A stretch of 64,000 nucleotides of DNA from NCBI GenBank assembly GCA_951406725.2, contig OX597816.1:180482001-180546000 (forward strand), read 5' to 3'. The translations under genes were made by a program, and so were the position numbers. Numbering within the stretch: the first letter of the stretch is position 1; each line of letters opens with the position of its first letter. This document shows positions 25,388 to 37,400 of the stretch, one piece after another. The notes under the pieces are model-generated. The model made no database searches and was not told the DNA's origin. It saw nothing but the letters and a program-made list of their open reading frames with translations. This DNA is from Octopus vulgaris (Eukaryota).

Positions 25388-27120
25388 AGAAAGTATATTG
25401 AAAAGGCATGGAAGAGATACCTAGACGACTGCTTCATAATCTGGACAGAATCTCTAAATACTCTGGAAGAGTTCAATATCCTCCTGAACAACCTACACCC
25501 ATCTCTCCAATTTACAAAGGAGATGAGTAGTACCAAATTACCATTCCTAGATATAATGGTAATTAAAAAAGACACCACCATCACCACAGATATACACTAT
25601 AAACACACATCGATACCTAAATTTTAAGTCGTGCCATCCACCACATACAAAACGTAACATCCCATACTGCCTAGCCAGAAGAATTTGCACCATTGTAGAA
25701 GATGCAAATATCAGTAACAAACGCCTAACAGAACTAAGAGAATTTTTGCTCAAACAAAAATACCCATCTCTACTTATAGAAAATGGCATACAGCGGGCTA
25801 TAAAAATACCCATACAACAACTTAGGACAACCCAAGGAAGAGGAAAACAAGAACAAGTCATACCATTCATAGTGACACACAACCCATGTCACCAGAATAT
25901 CTTCAACATTGCCAAAGCAAACCTACCAATCATTGCCCAAAGTAATGAATTAAAAGACATAATCACGGATCGAGCTATGGTGCTTAGTAAAAGACAGCCT
26001 AAAAACTTGAAAACATTACTAACAAAAGCAAAATTTGACCTTAGCAACAAAGACCAAACATTCACTGTATCTAAATGCAATGATAGCCGATGTGGCTCAT
26101 GCCAATTCATACATACCGGCCAATATATAAACACAAAAACCGGGAAAATATTCACAAACGCGAATATGAACTGCAAAAGCAGAAATTTAATTTACTGCAT
26201 CAAATGCCCAAATTGTGAAGAAATATATGTAGGTCAGACGGGAAACGCACTATCAGAACGCTCACGTGTACACCGGCAACAGATTAGAGACCCAGAGGTC
26301 CGTCAGATACCTTTGAGTAACCACCTAGCAACATGTGGCCGGAAAATGTATATAATATTTCCGTTCTACAAATTACACAGCCCAAGTGAAATCGAGAGGA
26401 AAATCAGAGAAAAGAATTTTATTGATAAATTCGAACCCAAGCTAAATAAGCAATAATAATAATACTTAGAGGTACTACTTCTACTGCTACGACCATGACA
26501 ACAACAATACTAAAGGTGATCAAGATGAAGATAGCAGGAAAATTATCTTATTTAGGGTTAAAAGCTCTATTGTCACCACCATCACCACTAGCAACAATAA
26601 TTAAGGTGCTGACAATGATGATGATGATGACAATTGAAATATAAAAATATAAAAATCTCTGACAAAGGCTATTTACAACATTTCTAAAAATAACCCAATA
26701 ATTGCTGCTTCGGCCAGGGTCAAGATACAGGACTCTTGACCTGTCCAACAAAGCGTGATGCCTAAACCAATCAGCTCAACCAACAAATCAGCTTAAGTAA
26801 TTGAGTGATACTACACACTGATTGGTCAGAATACAGTTTGCAAAACCTAGCACTCTGGAGCCTACCCAGCTGTATTTATAGCACAGAATCAATCATCTCG
26901 CTACAGTCAAAAATTGTGAAGCATGACTGCCACCACTACTACATGAACCCGAAGATTGCAGAATTTAATGCATGAAAGTACTAGTTCAATCAGAATGAAC
27001 ATTTAACATTCTACTATTTTATTTTATTTTATTCTATTATAATACATTATCTTATAATATATCATTATAAGATTGTAAATAAAACGTGAAAATCAGACAA
27101 GGTTGGAATTCCTTTTATTA
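25388..27120 (+). mobile_element. 5'-truncated Penelope-like retroelement (Neptune-type): RT C-terminus, Cys linker and GIY-YIG endonuclease, followed by a 3' UTR/pLTR
   Basis: WKRYLDDCF and LPFLD RT motifs. Frameshift near 25605, then HRYLNFKSCHPPHTKRNIPYCLARRI. Linker CNDSRCGSC...C. GIY-YIG motif NLIYCIKCPNCEEIYVGQT with downstream His residues; ends FEPKLNKQ* at 26456. Embedded between (TA)n tracts. Confidence 0.92.
26944..26988 (+). ncRNA. Minimal type-I hammerhead motif in the Penelope 3' UTR
   Basis: tgaac-CCGAAGA-ttgca-gaatttaa-tgcat-GAAA-gtac-TA-gttca. Stem I tgaac/gttca and palindromic stem III AGTACT. The core has U4->C, so this copy may be impaired. Confidence 0.7.
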
Positions 27121-27349
27121 ATATATATATATATGTATATATATATCTATATATATAAGTTCAGCAAACAATATAGATTCAAATGAATATGGTACTTAAT
27201 TTAGATGCACCAGAATTTTTTATGGTATTACCCATAAAAATATGCTGGGTGATTATAATCAAAAATAAGCAACAAGAATGGAGCCGGTAATTTAGTACAA
27301 TTGTTTCATACTATAACATTTTATTAAAGCTGTAAATATTACAGCAGAT

Positions 27350-27370
27350 ATATATATATATGTGTGTGTA

Positions 27371-27408
<38 letters not shown>

Positions 27409-27469
27409 CATATATATATACATATATATATACATATATATATACATATATATATACATATATATATAC

Positions 27470-27500
<31 letters not shown>

Positions 27501-27868
27501 ATATATATATTATATATGTATACATATATATACATATATATGTATACATATATATGTATATATATAAATATATATATACATATATATATATACATATATA
27601 TGTATATATATATATACATATATATATACATATATATATAATATATATATACATATATATATACATATATATATACATATATATATATACATATATATAT
27701 ATACATATATATATACATATATATATATATATACATATATATATACATATATATGTATACATATATATATACATATATATGTATACATATATATGTATAT
27801 ATATATACATATATATATACATATATATATATACATATATATGTATATATATATATATACATATATAT

Positions 27869-27922
<54 letters not shown>

Positions 27923-27935
27923 ATACGTATATATA
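27350..27935. repeat. (TA)n-derived satellite with recurrent TATATATATACA units
   Basis: Read directly from the sequence. Confidence 0.9.
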
Positions 27936-27937
27936 TA

Positions 27938-28245
27938 TCATCATCATCATTTAGTGTCCGCTTTCCATGCTAGCATGGGTTGGACGGTTCAACTGGGGTC
28001 TGGGAAGCCAGAAGGCTGAACCAGGCCCAGTCTGATCTGGCAATATTTCTACGGCTGGATGCTCTTCCTCACACCAACCACTCCGTGAGTGTAGTGGGTG
28101 CTTTTACGTGCCACCGGCACAGGTGCCAGACGCGGCTGGCAAATGGCCACGTCGGATGGTGCTTTTTATGTGCCACCGGCACGGGGGGTGCCAGGTGAGG
28201 CTGGCAACGGCCACGATCGTATGGTGCTTTTTACGTGCCACCAGC
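27938..28245 (-). mobile_element. RTE 3'-end fragment
   Basis: Same (cat)n tail and 3' UTR as 15559-15780. Confidence 0.8.
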
Positions 28246-29089
28246 CTGTTTATTTTAGAGACAAACTTTGCTATGAGTAGTCCTTCTATTATTCTTACTC
28301 CATTTTCTAGTTTTGGCTAGATTTCTATGGCTGGATGCCATGTTTAATGCCAATCTCTTTACGGAGCATACTAGATGTATTTTATGGTACCAGGTTGTCA
28401 TATCCCCAGCAAACTAAATAGTCCTTTCTGCCCAATACTGTCTACTCTGCCAACTACATAACAGAGTGTTGTGAGTGCATTTTTTATCATGGTACCAAAA
28501 TCATGTATTCACTAGGAGTCATTATATCACGTTACAATGTAAAATACAAGATGAAACCAGATAGAAAAGTAGTTGATAATACTTTGTTAAAAAAACAAAA
28601 CTAGATTAGCTGTGAAAGCTTTATTAATTGCAGCATGCAAAACCATAAACCAACACACACACAAATATAATATCTACGTATATACATATTGAATATATGA
28701 ATATTTTCAAATCTGATGCTTTTTTAATGGGTTCTTTTTTTTTTTTTTCATATTTCCTTATTAGTCCATTACGTAACTATAATGTTTCTAAGTCTATTAG
28801 CTTTTCGAAACCACCTCTGTGTTGCCATCTGGATGAAGTGGTGAGGTGATATTCCTACATTTTTGTTTCAAGCAACAAGAGTGGGAATGATGATATAATT
28901 GATAGACATTTGTTCAGCTGTTAACTCTAGATTACTTTCGTACTTTATTCCATTGCTACTGAATTTTAAATCCATCGTCATCATTTCTTGACCTTTGTAA
29001 TCTCATCTTCAGGATGAGGTGAGGATGGTGTGCTGCTTTATAGTAGGCAGAGTCACTTTAAATGGTATTGGTATTACCGTATGTATTTG

Positions 29090-29412
29090 GAAATACTAAA
29101 TTTCTAAATCTCTCGTAGAGACATGTACGGTGGTGGGGCGATAGAATGGTTGTATACTGTCAATCTAACGTGAACGTGACAGTAGGGGGTTACACCACCA
29201 CTGTTTAGCCCTAGGAAGCATCGACGCCTCCTGATGGCTTTGACACATTTTTCCTGTGTCCTTATATACATTTACCGCTGTTTAGCCCTAGGAATGTAAA
29301 TAAGGCCACAGGAAAAATGTGTCAAAGCCATCAGGAGGCGTTGATGCTTCCTAGGGCTAAACAGCAGTGGTGTACTGTCACGTTCGTGTTAGATTGACAG
29401 TATACAACAATT
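29090..29412. mobile_element. Fold-back insertion (arms about 29144-29272 / 29293-29413) with a 12-bp flanking direct repeat
   Basis: The arms are reverse complements. cgtatgtatttg occurs at 29078-29089 and 29413-29424 as a candidate TSD. Confidence 0.75.
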
Positions 29413-31594
29413 CGTATGTATTTGAATTTTGACTAATTAGATTTGTACATCATCAGTCATGGTTTGCATTTTGCTATTCATAAAGCTTTCAGAGCTAATC
29501 TACTTTTACTACATAACTGTAGAATTATCTAGTATGGTGGTGTTATCAACTAATGTTTTTATGTATAATTTTGTTTTATGTACTGTATTGTAATGGCTTT
29601 TATTGTAAATGCATGGTCAACCAAGGTGAAAGTGTTGTAGTTGGGTGTACCATGTAACAGTTTGAGTTTCAATTGTTACAACTTAGATATTTATATTAAA
29701 ATTTGTTGTCTGAGGTATGTGCTATGATTTGCAAGTTTGTGGTTTCATGTAGATGAGAAAGATATTTTGTTTTTATTTTTTATAGTGTTTTAAAAAGTAT
29801 TCTATTATCTTTGGGTTAAGTTTAATTCATGCTTATGAGTCTGAAATGATATTATTATTCCTCCATAATAACTGGGGTACTTTTGGTTCATTTTATATGC
29901 ACTGTGTTTTTTAGTGTTGTATCTGTGATGGGAAGAGGTGGGTCTATTTTTCTATCGTTTTTTAATCTTCTATCTATTTTTTAATCTCCTGCTACATTTG
30001 AGTATTTCGTATTACTAGTGATTGCTTAATTCTTGTTGATTTTTCTAGGTTAAAATGGATTCATTAGAGTTAAAAATTTAAAAGCTCATCTCAGAAGGAA
30101 GCATCAAAAATCATTAATAAAATAGATAAAAGTTATGAAACTTGAATGGTAGTGTCTTCATTATAACATTTGAAAGAAAAGTTGCTCCCTATATATTTTA
30201 ACGTGTGTGTGTGGTGTTAAGAAGGGCATCTAGCCGTGAAAGCCATACAAAAACAAACACTGAAGCCTAGTGCAGTCTTCTGCCTAGCCAGTTCCTGTCA
30301 AACCATCCAACCCATGCTAGCATGGAAAGCAGACGTTAAATGATGACGATGATTTTATATATATATATATCATCATTATCATCATCATCATTTAACATCT
30401 GTTCTCCATGCTGGCATGGGTAAGGCGATGTGACTGGGACTGCTGGAAAGCTGCTCCAGGTTCCAGTCTGCTTTGGCTTGGTTTCTATGGATGGCTGCTC
30501 TTCCAAATTCCTGCCGCTCCACAGAGTGTACTGGGTGCATTTTACGGGTCACTGGCGCAGATGCTTTTTATGTGTCACAAGCATGGGTGTCTTATATATA
30601 TTATATATTGACACGCACACACACACATGATATTGACAGTCATGCTACAGTGACATCGGCAACTGTACAAATGGAGCACTGAATGATATATTGCTAACTC
30701 TATTATATTATTAAAACAAACATAATCAGTTGAATACAAGTTGGCTTAGTTTGTATGTTGGGGTTGGAGGGGAGGTACGAGTCAGTGCAATTTATTATCA
30801 GGATGCTACAAAGTCTATAAAAGATGTATAATATTAGAAAATAATTAAATATATGTACAACAACAACACTATGTCGTGTGTGTGTGTGTTTGCATATGCA
30901 TGTGTATATATCCATTGGAAACTGTATCACATTAGTTTTCTAATTCACTCCCAGAATTTATAATAGAGCTACTTTTTTTTTAATTATGTGCATGCCATTA
31001 TAATTAAGCAGCTTCCTTTACCCCTCCCTCCCTCTCTCTCTCTCTCCCCCTTTTCCTCTCTTTCTCTTCATTTGATATACACAGTACTTATACTACATTT
31101 CTTTTGTTATTAACTGCATGGTGTTTTATACTGGTGTTCCTACAACCACCACCCACCACCACTACTATTACTACTAGCACTACTAACTCTATATCATTGC
31201 TATACTACTTCCAGTATGATCACAGACACCATTGTCGTCATTTCTGCCACTGCCACTACCACTGTTACTAACAGCAACAATTTAGTCTACTACTGTGTCG
31301 TGAAATGCCTGCCTCTGTCTGTGGCAGTTGCAGTACTACTAACATTAACTTATGCTAACCTAATATGGTAAATATCTGTGGAAGGCAACACTAACTAATG
31401 GTTAGGCTAACGTTAGAGTCAACCTCTCTGAGTTGAGATCTCTGGATCAAGAGAACCTGTCGCACCAATTACCCAATTAATTTTCACTTGATCAATGTTT
31501 CTCGCCATCCACCTTTTTTTTTATAAGTTTTTTTGTACCTCTTTCCCCTGCTCAGTTTTTGAAATGAGTTAAGAAAACTAATAATCATTTTTTC

Positions 31595-31681
<87 letters not shown>

Positions 31682-33108
31682 GACACATATATATTGAGAG
31701 TGTGTGTGTGTGTATATATATATTGAGTGTTGAAACAATTCAGTTGGTAGAATATGAATTAAAACTAAAGACTACATAAAGTGAGTGTTGTATAGTTTTT
31801 GAACCCACAGCTGTTAACTACCTTGTCTGCATTATACATTCAATATGCAATAATGTATTATATGTGCACAATTTGCACAATTCCATTTTAATAATTAAGT
31901 TAACTGAAAGTGATAATTATAATAATAATTTTAGAGATAAAAAGAAAAACATATTTGTATTCCATATTAAATCTTGAATTTATTAATGATAAATTCCAAT
32001 TATATTAGTGAGATATTAGCTCAATTAAAATTAATGTGCTCAGAGTTTCTGCATAAAATATATGAAATACAACAAGAATCAGAAAATTATTAAGCCTTGA
32101 TGTATATAACTGTTCAATTTAATGAATACTTTCTGTAATTTTCAAGTAGAGTTTAGTCATGTTTGCTTATTATATTTTTATTTGCAGTTGTTCTTTGATT
32201 ATTGTATTACTCACCATTTATGGCATTGATTTTCTCTTCTTTCTTAGCCTTATCTTAATTGTATTCATAGCTTATCTATGCCCGAGAAGAAAATTACCAA
32301 ATGAGAAAATTAAACAAAACTGAAACTTAGTTCAGTTCCCTTGTGAATTAAAATATTAAAATGTTATTCTTCCAAGTAATGTTTGTTCTGTTGACATCAA
32401 GTTTATCAAACAGTATTGTTCCTTCTCAATCTGTTGAAGTGCAGTGGCTGTGAGGTTAACATGCTAGGCCAATCTACAGACTAAATAATCATGAGTTCAA
32501 ATCTCACAACAGTCATTGTGATTATGTCTCTGAAGAAGGCATTAAACTGTGCTGACTTCAGTCTGCATGGCTTGGAACAATTGTCATCCCTAATCCATAA
32601 TTAAGTGGTTAACAGTAAGAAGGACATCCAACAACATATAAATGTTTGTAAAGCCATCCAATTCATACTCAATTACAACAAAATGACAGAAAAGACAGAA
32701 AAAATATGAAGTTATTAAAAATTGATGAAATTTATCTGAAACAGCTCTGGATACTTCTTATAGTTTTAAAATACTAACACTATTGTTGTTGTTGTTGTTG
32801 TTATTATTATTATTATCATTATGATCATCATCATCATCTTCTTCATCATCATCATCATTATCATCATCATCATCATCATTATTGTTGGTGTTGTTGTCAG
32901 ACAGACATTTGTTTTCTAGAGATCAGTTCAAGTGAGTGGTTTCAGCTGTTGAGAGGAGAAGTAGGTGATGTAAAGCCTAAGCAGTATGTTATCAGCCTAC
33001 ACTGGTGACTTGCAAGTGTAATACTGTCTCACCTCAGAGAGGTACTCACCAAAATAGGTTCTACCTGAGACACCTACTGTACTAATTTGTTATTTTCTGC
33101 CCTTACAG

Positions 33109-33270
33109 CATGACTCGAGGAAAGCTGAAAACTTTGACAAGATGTTCACCTCTAAGGATGTCAAAATGACCCCAACAGACAGTCTAATCATCATGAATAT
33201 TGATGATAGTGCATTCAGGAACTTCTCTTTTGTCAATCCCTTTTTCAGTCAAATACAATCAGACTCTTGA
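33109..33270 (+). CDS. PRKCB: Conventional PKC alternative terminal exon A (alpha/betaII-like V5 tail): HDSRKAENFDKMFTSKDVKMTPTDSLIIMNIDDSAFRNFSFVNPFFSQIQSDS*
   Basis: Branch point TACTAAT (33080-33086), pyrimidine tract and ccttacag acceptor (ends 33108). Phase 0. Intact NFD, F-x3-F-T, turn motif TP and hydrophobic motif FxxFSF. Stop TGA at 33268-33270. Confidence 0.9.
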   Translation, partial: HDSRKAENFDKMFTSKDVKMTPTDSLIIMNIDDSAFRNFSFVNPFFSQIQSDS

Positions 33271-35626
33271 GCGGTAGTATGTATACTTTTGCTTTTTTTC
33301 ATTTCCTTCCCTTCCACAAGAATGCTGCTTGTAACTGTGATGACCATATTTTGTAAAGACTGGTTCCACTTAACAACCAGCCTCATCATAAATGCCTACC
33401 AACTCATAATTAAGACTGCTAGGGTTTGAATGCTTTCTAAAGTGTCATCATTTGATTAGACAAAAATTCAGTTAACTCAATATGCAGTAAATTAACAAGA
33501 CCTATTAACAATCTATGTTCGCTTCATTATTTATCAGTAGGCTTCCATTAACATCAGCCTTATCCTAACTATTCCAGAAGTGCCTATAAAGGTTTTGGAT
33601 ATTGGCTTTTCTCGCCAAGCTAAAATGTAACAACAAAAGTCTCTTATTCTGTCCAATCAAGGAATCATATTTTGTTCAATACAATTTGTAAATCAGTTTC
33701 ATTTCTTTTCTTAAATATTCCTATTCCTCCATTTTATTAAAATAATGAATTTAAACGTAATGTGCACCCTTATTAAAATCATGAAGACAAGTTAAAATAT
33801 TATCTATTTCATTATAACTTGTCCATTGGTTGAGGGTGTTATGGTAATGCTACTGCAGATTTTGATGATAAAGCAGGAGATAGAGACCCATAGTATCATC
33901 TCCTGCTCACACGTCTGATGGAAAATCTTAATGGCAAATAACTCATCAGTACTCATGATTATATGATAATGATGGTGGTGGGTGCCATTTCCTTTCTGTG
34001 GTCGTGGTTGACTGACATCTGGCAACAATTGTTTACAATTCACTGAAAACACCTCAGCTCTTTCAGAATACACCAGCTGACAGATGACACTCTTGTTGAA
34101 AGAGGGATATGTCAATACTGTAGGGATGTAGGAGATAAAGAAGCTGAGTTTAATGTTGCAAATTTCATTGGTGTTGTTTCTTAAATCACCTTAGTTCACA
34201 CACTATAATCAATTTAATAGTTTCCATATTGTGGCTGACAAGGTATTTAACTCCAGGCTTCACACACTGTACTTAATGCATTGTAGTTAACACATACTCT
34301 TTCACATATTGATTTCTGGAGCAATTATATTTTATCTTTTCTCTTATTAATTATTTATATCCATTATATAGTAAGGTGATGTTACTTTATTTAATCTTCG
34401 TTTTCTAATTATTTGTTATCAATCAGAACAAGAAGGCTGAAGAGATAAATTATTTGATTTTTCTGTTCATGAATTATTAGTTCAGATCCATCAGTGACAT
34501 TTCATTTTGTTCTGCTGGAATATTTATTCTTTGTTGACTCAGTCTGTCTAACTGTCAACAATAAGTATCAGATTTAATATGGTTTAGCTACAAACAAAAG
34601 TCTCTCAATTGGTTCGCCTAGCTAATTGTTAGCAAAAGGTTAATACCAGATTAGTCTGGTCCAGTTCTTGTCTGCCTCGCAACTTGATCCAGAATTCATA
34701 TTTTTGTTTATGCATCTGATATATTTAACAGTCTATTCCACATGAAATTTATCATATAGAGACAACCACCACCACATGAGTATCTTTCTCACATGTGAGT
34801 GCGTCTCACCATTATCCATTTAGACCTTATACTGCTTCTTTCTTTCCAGGTTAGCCATAAAATTATTTTCTCCCAACAATACACAAACATTTAAGTCTAT
34901 AGACACCATTTCTACTCATGTTAGCATGGAATGAATTGATGCAAAATAGTTCTGAAGCCTCATATAGGCTGGGTGCTTAAATATGTTGGCCTGTTGCTTT
35001 ATATAGCTTTCCTTCAATTGTGAATTTTGATTTTTCCCTAGTATATCTCTGCCAGTCCTCACAGTTGTGTGACTGCCACTCACTGAAATCTTTAATTGCA
35101 TATCAATCATATGAACCCAGTTTTTCCATGCAAATATAAACCTTTCCACTTGCAGAACCAGATAATGTTAACTAGACTATGTCCAGACCTTTAAGACGTT
35201 GCTAAGTATTGGACCAATTGCTTTCAAAGGTCTTCTTGAATAGAACTGATCAAAGCTACCCAATAACAGTAGGAATAACAACAATAACCACAATATCAAA
35301 AGCAATCAAAGCAAGAACAGAACCACAACCATTACCATAATGAACAAAGTTAACAGACAAAATCATTAAATCCAACATTTGATTGAAACTGAACCCTTTA
35401 TATTCTTGAAAAGGTATCTGTAAGACATGGATTGTGGATTTTCTTCTCAAATACAACAACAGAATGAAAATACATTAACAAGTAGGAACTAATTAAATGC
35501 TTAATCAGATTGCAGTAATTAATTCATTCACCTATTTGTTATTTAGCAATGAATGTTCTCAACTCTTGTATTGATATCCATACTCATACATACACACCAA
35601 CATCTTTCATATATATATATATATAT

Positions 35627-37400
35627 AGGGACCAGCTATCCGAATTAACAGTACCTTGGTAGATAAAACAATTAAGGGTATGAAGACAGCAAATGCTCAC
35701 TGCCAATCAGGAATCACCGCAGAGATGCTCAAAATATCTGGCAGTGTCGGCTATAGCTTAGTCACCCGTATAGTCAACCAGGTGATACATGAAGAAGTTA
35801 TACCCAATGACTGGTGTAGCAGCATAATAGTCAACTGCTACAAAGGTAAAGGTGACAATTACAGAGGTATTAAGTTGTTGGATCAGGTAATGGAAGTCAT
35901 GGAGAGGGTTATAGCCCAACTAATTAGGGTGAGAGTTAGCCAGATGCAGTTTGGGTTCATGCCAGGGAAAAGTACCACTGATGCTATATTTCTGGCAAGA
36001 TAGCTGCAGGAGAAATACCTAGCCAAAGATAAGTCCCTCTACCTGGCTTTCGTTGACATGGAGAAAGACTTTGACAGATAAGCCGATCCCTTATCTGGTG
36101 GCCAATGAGGAAACTAGAGAGAGCTGTGCAAGCCATGTACAGGGATGCTGTCAGTAAGGTGAGGGTTGGCAATGAGTACAGGGAAGAATTTCGGGTAGGG
36201 TTAGGGGTCCACCAAGGATCAGTGCTCAGCCCCCTCTTATTCATCATAATCCTCCAGGCAATAACAGAGGAATTCAAGACAGGATGCCCCTGGGAGCTCC
36301 TCTATGCTCAATCTGTAGAAAAGGCGTAGGTAGAAACTCCATAAGATATACCCAGTGTAAGCTATGGACACATAAAAGGTACAGCAATACCAAAGGAAGG
36401 CTAACTGTGAAGATAGCTTTTGTATGTGGCAAATGCTCAGGAGCAATAAAACTGAAAATGTGCAGAGAACAGCTTCCGTCTCATTCCAGGGAGAAAAACT
36501 ACAAGTAGTTGATAGCTTCCATTATCTAGGTGACCAAGTCAGTAGCAGGAGTGGATGCTCTGTAGCTGCTAGAATAAGAATAGCCTGGGCAAAGTTCAGA
36601 GAGCTCCTACCTCTGCTGGTGACAAAGGGCCTCTCGCTCAGAGTAAAAGGCAGATTGTATGACGCATGTGTATGAACAGCCATGCTACATGGCAGTGAAA
36701 CATGGGTCATGGCTGCTGAGGACATGCGTAAGCTCATGAGGAATGAAGCCAGTATACTCCGCTGGATGTGTAATGTCAGTGTGCATACACAACAGAGTGT
36801 AAGTGCCTTGAGAGAAAAGCTGGACCTAAGAAGCATCAGATTTGGTGTGGAAGAGAGATGACTGCACTGGTATGGTCATGTGGTAAGAATAGATGAAGAT
36901 AGCTGTGTGAAAAAGTGTCACACCCTAGCAGTTGAGGGAACCTGTGGAAGAGGAAGACCCGGGATGAGGTGGGAAAGCACGATCTTCAAACATTGGGCCT
37001 CACCGAGGCAATGACTAGTGACTGAGACCTTTGGAGGTATACTGTGCTTGAGAAGACCTAGCAAACTAAGTGAGACCCTAACCCATGGCCTATGCCAGTG
37101 GTATATAACCAGCCCACTTATGAGTACCCTTCATTCATTGGACAATAAGCTTTGTTTGCAAAGACCTGTTGAGGGAAGTGAAATCAAAATCACTGACATG
37201 GCCAATGACAGTACCACCTGATTGGTGCCAGTGGAATGTTAAAAGCACCATCCAAGCATGCCAGGGCCGCTGATTGGCTCCCGTGCTGGTGGCACGTAAA
37301 AAGCACCAGTCAAGCATGATCGTTGCCAGCATCACCTAACTGGCACCTGTGCTGGTGGCAAGTGAAAAACAACATTTGAGTGTGGTCGTTGCCAGTGTCA
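35627..37400 (+). mobile_element. Degenerate RTE LINE (copy 2)
   Basis: ORF pieces 35656-36003, 36105-36329 and 36424-36675 match the copy 1 RT, with stops, frameshifts and an internal deletion after WELLYA. The 3' UTR repeat units run to about 37400. Confidence 0.92.
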
